Part shown: piece after piece, positions 33,988 through 44,739 of the stretch
Layout of the letters: the number at the start of each line of letters is the position of its first letter
Position numbering within the stretch: position 1 is the first letter of the stretch
DNA from: an uncultured Verrucomicrobiae bacterium
GTDB lineage: Bacteria; Verrucomicrobiota; Verrucomicrobiia; Chthoniobacterales; Chthoniobacteraceae
NCBI GenBank assembly: GCA_963828525.1
Contig: CAWHEP010000008.1
Location: 352,001-416,000 of the forward strand
Reading direction: 5' to 3'
DNA length: 64,000 nt
Translations under genes and position numbers: made by a program
The notes under the pieces: generated by a model
Databases searched by the model: none
Seen by the model: the letters and a program-made list of their open reading frames with translations, nothing else
What the model was told of the DNA's origin: nothing

Positions 33988-35124
33988 TCAGGCCTCCACC
34001 AGGAGGCGGCCGGGGTCTTCGATGCATTCTTTTACCCGGATCAGAAAGGTCACGGCCTCCTTGCCGTCAACGACCCGATGGTCGTAGCTCAGAGCAAGGT
34101 ACATCATTGGCCGAATCACCACCTGCCCATTCAGCGCTATGGGGCGTTGCTGGATTTTATGCATGCCGAGGATTCCGCTCTGCGGCGGATTCAGGATGGG
34201 AGTGCTCAGCAGAGATCCGTAAACGCCTCCGTTTGAGATGGTGAATACTCCCCCTTGCAGATCTTCGAGCTTTATCCTGCCTTCCCGAGCTTTGACCGCG
34301 TATTCGACCAGTTCCTTTTCAATGGTCACAAAGCTCTTCTGATCCGCGTCGCGGATCACGGGAACAATCAATCCACGCTCCGTTCCCACGGCGACTCCTA
34401 TGTCATAGTAGTTGTTCTGAATAAAGTCCTCGCCATCCATGAGACCGTTGACGCTGGGCACTGCCTTCAACGCGGAAACGGCGGCCTTAATGAAAAAGGA
34501 CATGAATCCCAGCTTCACGCCGTGCTGCTTCTGAAAACTTTCCTGGATCCGAGAGCGCAAATCACTGACGCCGGTCATGTCGCACTCGTTGAACGTGGTT
34601 AGGATCGCGGCGTTGTGCTGCGCCATCACAAGCTGCGTCGCGATCTTACGCCGCAATGGCGACAGCTTTTTGCGGACCGTCCGGGCGTCGGCGGATCGCT
34701 GAATCGCGAGAGGTTCCACCGCCTGCTGGCGAGGAACCGTCAAAATCTTTGGCAGAGCAGGCGCCGGAGTTGCAGGTTGGACGCCTGGCGCTATCGGCGC
34801 GCTCGCCGGAGGCGCGGCCTCAGGGGTTTTGTTCGGGGGGGCCGTTTCGGGGCTATCCGCTTTTCTGCTCTCCATCGGCGCGACACTCGCCGTTTCTTCA
34901 ATCGATGCGACTACTTCACCGATCTTCACCTCACGCCCCTCTTCAACGATGATCTTTAGCGTTCCAGCGCCTTCGGCGGCGATCTCAGAAGCGACCTTGT
35001 CCGTCTCCAACGTCAGCAATAAGTCACCAACCGCGACGCTTTCGCCATCCTGCTTGTGCCAGACAGAAATTGTCCCGCTTGTAATAGACTCCCCGACCGC
35101 GGGAATTTTTACTTCAAGGCTCAT
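33988..35124 (-). CDS. sucB: 2-oxoglutarate dehydrogenase E2 (dihydrolipoamide succinyltransferase)
   Basis: Lipoyl motif [31 protein letters not shown]. Confidence 0.95.
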   Translation of the reverse strand: MSLEVKIPAVGESITSGTISVWHKQDGESVAVGDLLLTLETDKVASEIAAEGAGTLKIIVEEGREVKIGEVVASIEETASVAPMESRKADSPETAPPNKTPEAAPPASAPIAPGVQPATPAPALPKILTVPRQQAVEPLAIQRSADARTVRKKLSPLRRKIATQLVMAQHNAAILTTFNECDMTGVSDLRSRIQESFQKQHGVKLGFMSFFIKAAVSALKAVPSVNGLMDGEDFIQNNYYDIGVAVGTERGLIVPVIRDADQKSFVTIEKELVEYAVKAREGRIKLEDLQGGVFTISNGGVYGSLLSTPILNPPQSGILGMHKIQQRPIALNGQVVIRPMMYLALSYDHRVVDGKEAVTFLIRVKECIEDPGRLLVEA

Positions 35125-35182
35125 CTCAATGATGGGAACAGAGCGAGTGGAGTGATTCCAGAATAAATGTCCAAAAAATGTG

Positions 35183-37948
35183 TCAGTTCTGAGCGGCAGG
35201 CTGCGTTGCTCCGCCCGAATCGAGATTCAGGTTAAACGCGTCCTCGATGATGAGCGTTTGCTCCCGCTTATGCAGGGCGAGCGAGCCGACAGCGGGGCTC
35301 GAACTCGCATTGCGGCCCGCATAAATGATTACTGGAGCCAGCAGTCTATTCAAAGAAGGCACGATCGAAGTCCAGGCGCCCATGTTCTGCGACTCCTCCT
35401 GGCACCAGACGAATTTCTTCACATTTGGGTAGACGCGCCACGGCCCCTGCCAGCGCCTTCTCGTTTAGCGGATAAAGTTGCTCCACGCGGATAATCGCGG
35501 CGGACGTGATGTTGTTCGCGGACCGGAACTTCTCCAGATCGTAGTACACCTTGCCGGAGCAGAGAATGACACGATCCACGGCATCGGGGCTTGCAACCGA
35601 AGTATCCTGCAAGACATCCTTGAACGTGCCGCTTGTAAAGTCGCGCGGCGCTTGAGACCGCATACTCCGCCCGCAACAGGCTTTTCGGGGCCATCGTAAT
35701 CAAAGGCTTGCGGAACTTCCGCTTCATCTGTCTGCGGAGGAGGTGGAAATACTGCGCGGGGGTCGTGGGATTGCAGACCTGGATGTTATTCTCCGCGCAC
35801 AATTGCAAAAAACGCTCGATCCGGCCACTGGAATGTTCCGGGCCTTGTCCCTCATATCCATGCGGCAGAAGTAGAACGATGCCGCTCGGGTCGCTGCCAT
35901 TTTGATTCGGCGGATACAATAAACTGGTCGATGATGACCTGAGCGCCATTGGCGAAGTCTCCAAACTGCGCCTCCCAGACGCACAGCATCTCCGGAAATC
36001 CAATCGAGTAGCCGTAGTCAAATCCCAATACAGCCGCTTCGGAAAGCAGGCTGTTGTAGACACAGAATCGCGCCTGGTCTGGAGAAAGATTCTGGAGCGG
36101 GATATACCGCTCCTGCGTCTCGGCGTCGAACAGCGCGGAGTGCCTGTGACTGAAAGTGCCACGGCTGCTGTCCTGCCCCGACAGACGTACCGGCGTCCCC
36201 TCAAGAAGCAAAGCTCCGAACGCGAGCGCCTCGGCAAATCCCCAATCGAAAGGCCCTCCCTCCCGGAAGATTTGCATCCTCCTGTCGATCATCATTTTCT
36301 TTACCTTCGGCAGCACATTGAAGTTGCTCGGGATCGTCGTGAGCCGGGTAACGATTTTCTCCATCAACTCGGGAGTAATCTCCGTGGCTACTTCGGCGTG
36401 TGAATAGGGCGGCTGGAATACGGCATTGGATCCACTGAAGCGCGTCTTCTTGCTTGTGGAAGCGTCGGATTCCGCCCTTTTTACTTCGGCGAGCGCTGTT
36501 TCCATTCTTGACTTCGAATTCTTTTTCGAGGCTTTGCGCATCCTCGTCAGTCAGAACACCGGAGGCGACAAGGCTCGCGCGGAAGAGTGTCGCTACGGAA
36601 GGATGTGTTTTTATTTCCGTGTACAAGCGAAGGCTGTGTGAAGATCGGTTCATCACCTTCGTTATGCCCATGCCGTCGATAGCAATAGAGATCAATCGAG
36701 CACATCGCGCCGGAATTCCTGCCTGAACTCGAAAGCGAGGCGCGTCGCAAAAAACACCGCCAACGGGTCATCGCCATTAACGTGGAAGATCGGCGCTTCA
36801 ATCATCTTCGCGACATCCGTCGCATAGTTCGAAGAACGCGCGTCAGCGGGAAGAGTCGTGAACCCGATTTGATTATTTACGATCACATGGATCGTGCCGC
36901 CGGTGCGATAGCCCTTTAGCTGCGAAAGGTTCAGCACCTCCGCCACAATCCCCTGGCCGGCGAAGGCCGCGTCTCCGTGGAGCAGGAGCGGCATCACTTT
37001 CTTGCGTTCCACCGAATCGTTCCGCACGCGCTGACGCGCTCGCGCCATCCCCTCCACCACCGGATCGACCGCTTCCAGATGACTCGGATTGGATGTGAGC
37101 CTTATCTCAACCATCTCCCCGCTCTCTGTAGCGCGCGTGCTGACATAGCCCAGGTGATACTTCACGTCTCCATCTCCGCCGACCAGTTCCGGGATGAAGT
37201 TCTCGGAGAACTCGGCAAAGATCACTTCGAGCGATTTATCAAGGAAGTTGGCGAGCACATTTAAGCGACCCCGGTGAGCCATTCCCATGTCGAGTTCCTC
37301 CACGCCCAACCGCGGGCAGTCCTGGAAGATGGTATCCAGAACAACCATGAGAGATTCCGCGCCTTCAAGGCCGAACCGCTTTTGTCCCACATACTTTATG
37401 TGAAGAAAGTGTTCAAAGCTTTCGGCCTTCATCAACTCACGCAGCATGCGTCGCTGAACCCGGGGTTCTACAGCACTGCGGGCTTCAAACCGTTCCACCA
37501 GCCATGAGCGGGCGCGGTCATCCTGAATGTGCCTGAACTCAAACCCGATGGTCCCGGTGTAGAACTCCTTCAAGAGACTTATCATCTCACGCAACTTCAT
37601 TTTGCGACCGCCTTGGAAGAACTTCGAGCAAACCGTCTTCTCCAAGTCACCCTCCTTGAAACCGAAATGTTCGGGATCCAGGAGTGGCTGCTGAAGCGTG
37701 ACCTTGGCCAACGGGTCGAGATGCGCGACGGTATGGCCCAGCTTCCGGTACGCATAGACAATCGCGTCTACCTCGGACTGGAAATGATCGGCGCTTTCCG
37801 GCGCGCTGCCCGCCTGCACCGCTCCAAGTTCGAAACCCTCGAAAAAAGCGGACCATGTGGCGTCAACCGACGCGGGATCACTACGCCACCTAGCGTAGTT
37901 CTCGTCCAATAGGCCGGCGTTCGTGCTGAAAGCGAGAGGCGTTCTCAT
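35183..37948 (-). CDS. sucA: 2-oxoglutarate dehydrogenase E1 (several frameshifts)
   Basis: [58 protein letters not shown]. Confidence 0.95.
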
Positions 37949-38212
37949 ATCAATGAACCTGAAGCATGCGAGCGGGAGGGAACGGACTTGGTCTGAACAA
38001 AGGACCGTGGCTTCTCTTTACCACTGTGCTCTTTGGAAGACCTAAAAAAATGCCGGACGCAGCGCGCCGGTCAAAGACCGTCATTGACCGAAGTTTAATG
38101 GTTTTTCCCCGCCATTCAAGCGGTGTCGCTGGCGGCCCGATGGGCGGGGCAGAAATGCGCTGCCGCTGCTTTAGCCTTTTTTTTCCAGACCGCTATAGGC
38201 AGGTTGCTCAAC

Positions 38213-39184
38213 ATGAAGCTTGTGGCACCCGCGAAAATCAATCTCTCCCTGGCGATATTGGGAAGGCGCGATGACGGGTTCCACCAGATCCGGACGTTGA
38301 TCGTCCCCATCTCGCTCAGCGACACAATCGAGATGGAACTCACAGACAGCCCCGGAATCCGATTTACCTGCGACGCGCCGGATCTTCCGACGGACAGCAC
38401 AAATCTTGTCGTCCGGGCGGCCATGCTTTTCTGCGAACGCGCGAGCCGCTCCGCCGGCATATCCATCCACCTGGAAAAACGGATACCGCACGGCGCCGGA
38501 TTGGGAGGGGGGAGCAGTGATGCCGCGACCGTTCTCCTCGGGCTGAACACCCTGCTCGATACCGGTTTCGCGGACGCGGAACTGGCAGGCATGGCGGCGG
38601 AGATCGGTTCGGATGTTCCTTTTTTCATCTACCGCTCAGCGGCGTTCTGTGAGGGACGCGGGGAACGCGTCCACCCTCAGGTCATTGCCCGGCGACTGCG
38701 CCTGCTGTTGCTTAAACCACCATTTGGCGTCCCTACTCCGTGGGCATATTCCCGTTGGCGGGACTCCAGGGAAATCGCCGGCGTTCCCTATTCTCCGCAA
38801 CCAGCGGGATCCCTCTCGCTCTTTAATGATCTCGAACGTCCTGTTTACGAGAAGTATCCATTCCTCGCGCTTCTGAAGCAGTGGTTGATGGGACAACCGG
38901 AATGCGAGGCCGCGTTAATGTCGGGTTCCGGCTCAACCATGTTCGCCGTCCTTGGAGAGAACGCCGATTCCGCTGATCTCTCCGCGCGGGCTACTCTCGA
39001 ATTTGGACCGACGCTATGGCAATGCGCGTGCGAATCGGCTTCCGACCTCCGCCAGGTTAATTCCGGCACGACGCCACAAATCCGGGATGCGCCGCAATCA
39101 GCTTCATTGCGCGCTCTACCAGGGTTCTTCCGGGTTCCATCCGATGCCACGGTGAAGCCCCGGAGGGATGAGGCAGGGGGATAA
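38213..39184 (+). CDS. ispE: 4-diphosphocytidyl-2-C-methyl-D-erythritol kinase (true end probably near 39060)
   Basis: APAKINL, PHGAGLGGGSSDAA, GSDVPFF, NDLE, MSGSGST. Confidence 0.93.
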   Translation: MKLVAPAKINLSLAILGRRDDGFHQIRTLIVPISLSDTIEMELTDSPGIRFTCDAPDLPTDSTNLVVRAAMLFCERASRSAGISIHLEKRIPHGAGLGGGSSDAATVLLGLNTLLDTGFADAELAGMAAEIGSDVPFFIYRSAAFCEGRGERVHPQVIARRLRLLLLKPPFGVPTPWAYSRWRDSREIAGVPYSPQPAGSLSLFNDLERPVYEKYPFLALLKQWLMGQPECEAALMSGSGSTMFAVLGENADSADLSARATLEFGPTLWQCACESASDLRQVNSGTTPQIRDAPQSASLRALPGFFRVPSDATVKPRRDEAGG

Positions 39185-39677
39185 CGTCAAAGTCTCTCCC
39201 GCAGAGATTGACAGGGATAATCTGCCCGACCACATCGACAATCCTGGTAAATTCCACAAAGCGACTCATCGCCAGCCTGCCCACGGGTATGACAAGCGAC
39301 GGCTGCAATATCTCAATCTCAGCCTGAAGCCAGAGGGAGCAGTTCCCGACTTCTTCCGGGCTGGGAACACGATCCCCGCCCGCGGCAGTCTTCCCAGGGA
39401 AACAGCGGCACACCGCGGCCATATAGACCGAAGAACGAAATCGGTCTTCATCAATCCCGCAGAACCGCTGGAACCAGCCAAACAGAGTCTTCCCCGCTGT
39501 CCAGGCGAAAGGGCGGCCAGCGATCGGCTCCCTGCTACCCGGCGCTTGTCCAACGAGCAATACTTTGCTCACTACCGCGCCTCCCGATACAACAGGTTTG
39601 AGCATCCGGGGACATGAGTCGCAGGCGCGCAACCTCGTCACATGGCTTGCAAGGCGGTCTTGAGTGGTAACGCGCAC
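39057..39677 (-). CDS. Uracil-DNA glycosylase family protein
   Basis: CDSC, GQAPG, RCFPGK, LPHPSGAS. Confidence 0.85.
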   Translation of the reverse strand: MRVTTQDRLASHVTRLRACDSCPRMLKPVVSGGAVVSKVLLVGQAPGSREPIAGRPFAWTAGKTLFGWFQRFCGIDEDRFRSSVYMAAVCRCFPGKTAAGGDRVPSPEEVGNCSLWLQAEIEILQPSLVIPVGRLAMSRFVEFTRIVDVVGQIIPVNLCGRDFDVIPLPHPSGASPWHRMEPGRTLVERAMKLIAAHPGFVASCRN

Positions 39678-39686
39678 CGCTTGAGC

Positions 39687-40633
39687 TTAGCCGAGTAGAG
39701 TTCCCGCTTCCAAAGGGTGTCCCAGCAGAAAATTGCCGGCGGACATCCTCTTCTTCCCCTCCAACTGCACTTGCCGGAGCAACACAGATCCTTGCCCCGC
39801 CCCCACCAGGATCCCCTTGCAGCCAGTCTCCAGAACTCTGCCGGGATCACCCGATGTCCGGTTGATTCGAATAGCTCCAAAGAGTTTTAGCATTCTGGGG
39901 TTGCCTGTCCTGTCGTTGAACAGCGTATGCGCTCCGGGCCACGGAGTCATGGCGCGGATCATCCTCTCTACGACACCTGAGGGAGCCGTCCAGTCCACAC
40001 GGCCGCTCTGTCGGGTAAGCTTTGCCGCGTATGTGGCAAGGGCCGAATCCTGCGTCCGACGCGCCGCTTTTCCTTCACACAGCAGGATAAGCGCGGACTC
40101 CACTGCTTCTGGAGCAAGCCGGGCGAGCCGGTCGTGCAATGAACCTGCCGTTTCGCGACGCCGGATTGGGATCTTGTGCTGAGATAATATGTCGCCGGTA
40201 TCCAGCCCCTCATCCATATACATCACCGTAATGCCAGTACCAACGGTCGCCTGCGGCGATGGCCGCCTGGATCGGCGCGGCGCCGCGGTGACGCGGGAGC
40301 AGGGATGCATGCAAGTTGAGGCACGCAGTCGGGGGCATGCGGAGCAAATCGCCCGGTAGAATTTGGCCATAGGCCATCACCACGATGACGTCGAGGCCGC
40401 ATGCCGCGAATCAGTTCGACCGCAGACAAATCCCGTATCCGGTTCGGCTGAAAAACGGGCAAGCCAAACTTTATAGCCGCTTCCTTGATTGGCGAAGCAA
40501 GAAGAGCCTGTGACCGGCCAGCCGGCTTGTCGGGTTGCGTCACGACTCCGACTACATGATGAGCAGGGGAAGCACTGAGACCGCTCAGCACAGGCAGACC
40601 AATGTCCCCGGTGCCGATATAGACAATCCGCAT
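39687..40633 (-). CDS. fmt: Methionyl-tRNA formyltransferase (frameshifted)
   Basis: [55 protein letters not shown]. Confidence 0.93.
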
Positions 40634-40700
40634 CCCGGGCTTTTAGGGAAGGACAAGGCCAGCGCGGGCGCTGCTCTGGCGGCGCGCGACATGGCTTGCC

Positions 40701-40886
40701 CTAATACTTCTCGCCGGCTGTCACTTCTTTTTGCCCAAGCGAGGACGCGCAGCCTGTGCAAAGATAATCATAGATTTCTTTGCTCGGCAAAATCAGGAGG
40801 AGCCGTTCACGAACAGGCATAGCCGCCTTGCACTTATTGCAATACAAGGAGGATGCCCGAAGATTTTCAAATTGTCGCGCGCTCAT
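40701..40886 (-). CDS. Small putative zinc-ribbon protein (61 aa)
   Basis: MSARQFENLRASSLYCNKCK..YLCTGCASSLG, two CxxC; start overlaps the GT9 ORF stop. Confidence 0.7.
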   Translation of the reverse strand: MSARQFENLRASSLYCNKCKAAMPVRERLLLILPSKEIYDYLCTGCASSLGQKEVTAGEKY

Positions 40887-41887
40887 GGCGAATTGGCATT
40901 GTAGAGTAAAATGGTGGAAAACAAAGTCCGAATATCTCCATACGGGCTCCCGATTTCCATACCCGCGACTTCCGCGAGAACGGAATCTACGAGTAATCTT
41001 GGGAGGTCGCCCCCCGGCGCCCGAACAACCCGAACGGATGCGGAGAGCGGAGCCCATATTTCAGGATCAGTAGGGCCAAATAGAAGAACGCAAGGGGCTT
41101 GAACGCCCGCCGCGATGTGTGAAACTCCGCTGTCGTGTCCGATAAAGAGAGCGCATCTCTCGATTACCGCCGCGAGGCGGGGCAGCGGCAGATCCTTCAG
41201 GGACATCGGAGGGTGTCTCGCTAAGGCAGCCTCGATCGTCGCGAGACGCGCGTGATCCGCTTCACCGCCGAGCAACAGCAGACGCAGGTGAGGCCATTCG
41301 TCCGCCATGCGCGCGCACAGCGAAATCCAGTTCTCGACAGACCAGTTTTTTCGCTCGCCACCGCTTCCCGGGTGGATCGCGACAAATGGATCATAACCTT
41401 CCAGAGCAGTCTGGGCGAAGGCGCGATCCTCGCTGTTCGGATAGAGCCTTGCCACAGCGTCGTCGAGGTAAAGCGCGAGCGCCTGTAACGGCCTGGCAAG
41501 CTGATAGCAAGCATGCTCTGAATCATCCATTATCGGCGATCCAGTGATCAGGTTCTCCACTCCGCGCGCGCGCAGGTTTTTCTCGAAAATAGCGTCTGGA
41601 TCGTAGAGGTAACTGACGATCTGCTGGAAGCTCGCGAAATACTCCGCAAGCTCCCCGTCCAAATCGCCTCCAGGCACAAAGAAACCCGCAAGAGGGCCGT
41701 ATTCAATGGATCGGGACGCGTCCGCGTAATAGCGTCTGGTCGGCAAGGGCGACGATATGCTGGTAGCCCAGAATCTCCATATGCGCCTGGGGAAACTCTC
41801 CCTGAGCAACCTAATCGCAGGCAGGGTCAGAACAAAATCGCCTATAGCGCCGCCGCGGATGATGAGAATGCGGGGCACTCTCCCCAT
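40883..41887 (-). CDS. Glycosyltransferase family 9 (heptosyltransferase-like)
   Basis: GAIGDFVL, IHPGSG, GHDSGVSHIAA, LFGPTDP..WAP. Confidence 0.9.
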   Translation of the reverse strand: MGRVPRILIIRGGAIGDFVLTLPAIRLLRESFPRRIWRFWATSISSPLPTRRYYADASRSIEYGPLAGFFVPGGDLDGELAEYFASFQQIVSYLYDPDAIFEKNLRARGVENLITGSPIMDDSEHACYQLARPLQALALYLDDAVARLYPNSEDRAFAQTALEGYDPFVAIHPGSGGERKNWSVENWISLCARMADEWPHLRLLLLGGEADHARLATIEAALARHPPMSLKDLPLPRLAAVIERCALFIGHDSGVSHIAAGVQAPCVLLFGPTDPEIWAPLSASVRVVRAPGGDLPRLLVDSVLAEVAGMEIGSPYGDIRTLFSTILLYNANSP

Positions 41888-41908
41888 GAGACTATCCGAA
41901 AATCGAGA

Positions 41909-42135
41909 TCACCTTGGCGCAAGGGCGCGACTAACAGAGGTAGGCGACCCGGGATTGCTATTTATGCCGGGAAAGGCGCTCCCGCTCTCCCAAGACTGCG
42001 GCCTATTCCAAGGCAATGGGCTTACGCGTTCCTGTCCATCAGCGGATTTCTGCTCGTCCGCGCAGGCGCCCGCCATGAGCGCGGCGCAAAGCAAAGACAA
42101 CATGCCTAACATCGCAGAAGACGCGAGGTCATCAT
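41909..42135 (-). CDS. Small predicted lipoprotein
   Basis: LGMLSLLCAALMAGA-C lipobox followed by PLPWNRPQSWE. Appears fused to the upstream gene in the ORF track only through an indel. Confidence 0.55.
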
Positions 42136-42925
42136 TCAGCGACTCTCTGGCCCGCCATATATGACGCGATCGCCCGGCATGATGCCGCGCCCCCTTTGAT
42201 GCCGCGGAAGGAACGACATCCGCGACTGAAGTGGTGGGTTCGACAGAGGTTACTTTCAGCTTGGCGATCATCGAGGATCCCCGTTTCACCAACAGACTGG
42301 CATTCATCGCGACACCCTGCCGGTCGCCAATGGAGACAATCACGAAATTCCAGGTGGGCTGCACGGCAAGAACCTGGCCTTCCAACTGACGGGCGTTCGC
42401 CTGCATCGAATTTTTCTGAGCGGCCGCGACCATCTTGTCCATGCGGCGCTGCATATCGGCGTTCTGCTCTGTCAGCTTCTTGTTGATCTGTTCATCTTCC
42501 TGCTCTTTCTTCGTGAGTTCATCCATCTTCGCCATGTCGACAGCAGGCGCGGTCGCCGTCGTGCCCGTGCCGCTTGTAGTGGCCATCGAGGCGATCTTTT
42601 CGTTCAAGGCTTTGATCTGGGCGTCACTGTCATCCGCCTTTTTCTGGAGATCGGCTTTCTCGGCGTTTGCCTTGTCAGCAGCAGCCTGGGCATCTTTCGC
42701 AGCGCTTTCGGTTGCAGTTTCTTTTTCGGTAAGCGAAGCCACTTGGGTCTGCGCATCCTTTAACTCTTTTTGGGTCTTCGCGACTTGTCCACCGGCCATG
42801 GCGATCTGCGCCTCATCCTGCTTCGCCTTCGTCGCAGCGTCACTTATTTTGGTTTTCGTCAGGAAGCCGAGGACGGCGGAGCCGAGCATGCATACAATCG
42901 CGAGGCCGAGGAGGATTTTAGCCAT
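42136..42925 (-). CDS. Exported/anchored coiled-coil hypothetical protein with beta-rich C-terminal domain
   Basis: N-terminal hydrophobic helix, long A/K/Q/E coiled coil, LEGQVLAVQPTWNFVIVSIGDRQGV..SVADV; shifted frame gives IMPGDRVIYGGPESR* ending 42136. Confidence 0.7.
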
Positions 42926-43060
42926 TTTTATAGGAATCTACTTTTAATACTTTCTGAGGGGAGCGGCACCGTGGTGTCGGCTGACGCGGTCTTACAGGGT
43001 TTTTCTTTTATCGTGAGCTGGCAACTGATTGCAAGCGCATTTGTCTCTTTTTAAAATAAG

Positions 43061-43088
43061 TTGTTCAATCCGCTTTTTCAAGCATACT
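43061..43088 (+). promoter_or_regulatory. Probable sigma-70 promoter of the SRP RNA
   Basis: TTGTTC-N16-CATACT with an AT-rich tract upstream; ends 7 nt before the RNA 5' stem. Confidence 0.45.
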
Positions 43089-43095
43089 CACGACT

Positions 43096-43189
43096 CCGCC
43101 AGGGGCTATGGACTGCGGGCGGGCAAACCCCGCCAGGGCAGGAATGCAGCAACGGTAGCTCGACTCTCTTTGCCGTAGTTCTCTGGCGG
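43096..43189 (+). ncRNA. ffs: Small bacterial signal recognition particle RNA (4.5S)
   Basis: Long hairpin: 5' CCGCCAGGGGCTATGG pairs with 3' CCGTAGTTCTCTGGCGG. Apical CCCCGCCAGG-GCA-GGAA-TGC-AGCAACGG matches SRP domain IV (CAGG..GGAA tetraloop..AGCA). Followed by a T-rich tract. Confidence 0.9.
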
Positions 43190-43277
43190 CTTTCCTTTTT
43201 GAGCCGCTTCGCCGGGAGCAGGTTCGATCACCTGCCCCTTTACATCCGTCATCGTTTGCGCCATATTTCGCGCCCTC

Positions 43278-43706
43278 ATGTTGACCGCCACCATCTATAC
43301 CCTCCTTGGATTCCACGTGCTTGTTTGTCTTCTCATGGCGCTTGTGGTTCTCATGCAGCGACCCAAAAACGAAGGACTGGGCGCCGCGTTTGGCGGGGGC
43401 ATGACGGAGAACCTGTTCGGAGCGCAGACTACCAGTGTGCTGGCGAACTTCACGCGCTGGCTGGGCGGTGTGTTCTTCCTCCTCACCCTTACGTTGTCCG
43501 TTCTCTACGCGAAGCAATCCACAACCACCAAGAGCGCCATCCAGCAAAGGCTGATGCTGACGCCAAAGCCGCCTGCAGTAGTGTCGCTTCCTTCCCCGAT
43601 GCCAGCCGCCCCGGCCATGAGCCCAGCAACGCCAGCTCTCCGGAGTTCGGTTCCACTCGCGCCTGCCATCAAGCCAGACGCAATGCCAACCCCGGGCGCA
43701 AAGTAG
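43278..43706 (+). CDS. secG: Preprotein translocase subunit SecG
   Basis: VVLMQRPKNEGLGAAFGGG..LFG, two TM helices, Pro-rich tail. Confidence 0.93.
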   Translation: MLTATIYTLLGFHVLVCLLMALVVLMQRPKNEGLGAAFGGGMTENLFGAQTTSVLANFTRWLGGVFFLLTLTLSVLYAKQSTTTKSAIQQRLMLTPKPPAVVSLPSPMPAAPAMSPATPALRSSVPLAPAIKPDAMPTPGAK

Positions 43707-43734
43707 TCCGGGGCCGGACTGCGTCTCGCCTTTC

Positions 43735-44661
43735 GTGACGCCCAAAATCCGCGTCGGAACAGCGAGTTGGGCCGATCCGGGGTTCATTAAGGACTGGTAT
43801 CCCGCGCGGCTCGCGGCGCGCGAGCGCCTGGCTTACTACTCCTCCCGCTTCGATTTTGTGGAGGTTAACTCCTCTTTTTATGCGATCCCGCCGCGTCATC
43901 TGGTTGAGCAGTGGGAACGCGCCACTCCCAAGGGATTTCTATTCGATCTGAAGCTGCACAAACTACTTTCCCGCCATGCCTGCACTGCCGCGCTTCTTCC
44001 GGCGGACCTCAGGCCCGCTTCCTCTTCTCCAAAGGATCGCGCGCCACTCACCGCGGAACTGGAGATCGCCGTGGCTCGGAAGTTTCTTGAGGCCGTGGAG
44101 CCGCTCGAACAAGCCTCGAAACTTGGCGTTCTGCTGTTGCAAATGTCGCCCGCGTTCTCACCGCGCCACCATACTCTCGAAGAGCTGACGCCCTTGCTAG
44201 GGTGTTTCAGGCGGGGAGGAGTCGCGGTCGAGCTGCGGAACCACGGCTGGGTCTCGGAGCGACAAATCCTGGCGACGTCGGATTATTTTTCCGGCCACGG
44301 CGTCACGCTGGTGTCGGTGGACGCTCCGGAGAGCGAGCACTTCACGGTCATGCCTTCGCGCGACATCATCACCAATCCCTCCCTCTCCTATGTACGATTG
44401 CACGGGCGCAACGAAAAGGCGTTCATCTCCGGCAAGAGCGTGGCCGAAAGGTTCGACTACGACTACTCAGACGACGAATTGAGCGAAGTCGCGGGCCGTG
44501 TGGGCCTCCTCTCGCAACAAACAGAGGAGGTGCATGTGGTTTTCAATAACAACAGATCCGACCTCGCCCCGCGCGCGGCGGAGAAGTTCCGACGGTTGCT
44601 GGGACAAGGTCCGGTTTCGTCCGGAGAGCGCCCGCATGGACAGCGCGACTTGCGGTTTTAG
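43735..44661 (+). CDS. DUF72 (YecE-like) protein
   Basis: VGTASW, FVEVNSSFY, AVELR, YVRLHGRN, FDYDYS, VFNN. Confidence 0.9.
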   Translation: MTPKIRVGTASWADPGFIKDWYPARLAARERLAYYSSRFDFVEVNSSFYAIPPRHLVEQWERATPKGFLFDLKLHKLLSRHACTAALLPADLRPASSSPKDRAPLTAELEIAVARKFLEAVEPLEQASKLGVLLLQMSPAFSPRHHTLEELTPLLGCFRRGGVAVELRNHGWVSERQILATSDYFSGHGVTLVSVDAPESEHFTVMPSRDIITNPSLSYVRLHGRNEKAFISGKSVAERFDYDYSDDELSEVAGRVGLLSQQTEEVHVVFNNNRSDLAPRAAEKFRRLLGQGPVSSGERPHGQRDLRF

Positions 44662-44739
44662 CGGGTTGCCGCTTTGGAGATTAGCGCGCCACAGTTTTCC
44701 GAAAGACGCTATACTGACGCTTTAACACTCTTATCCCGG

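Noticed and set aside
39057..39184. 128-nt convergent overlap of ispE and the UDG gene
   Set aside because: The IspE tail beyond the conserved domain is probably read-through from an indel; a TAA at 39058-39060 in another frame would remove the overlap.
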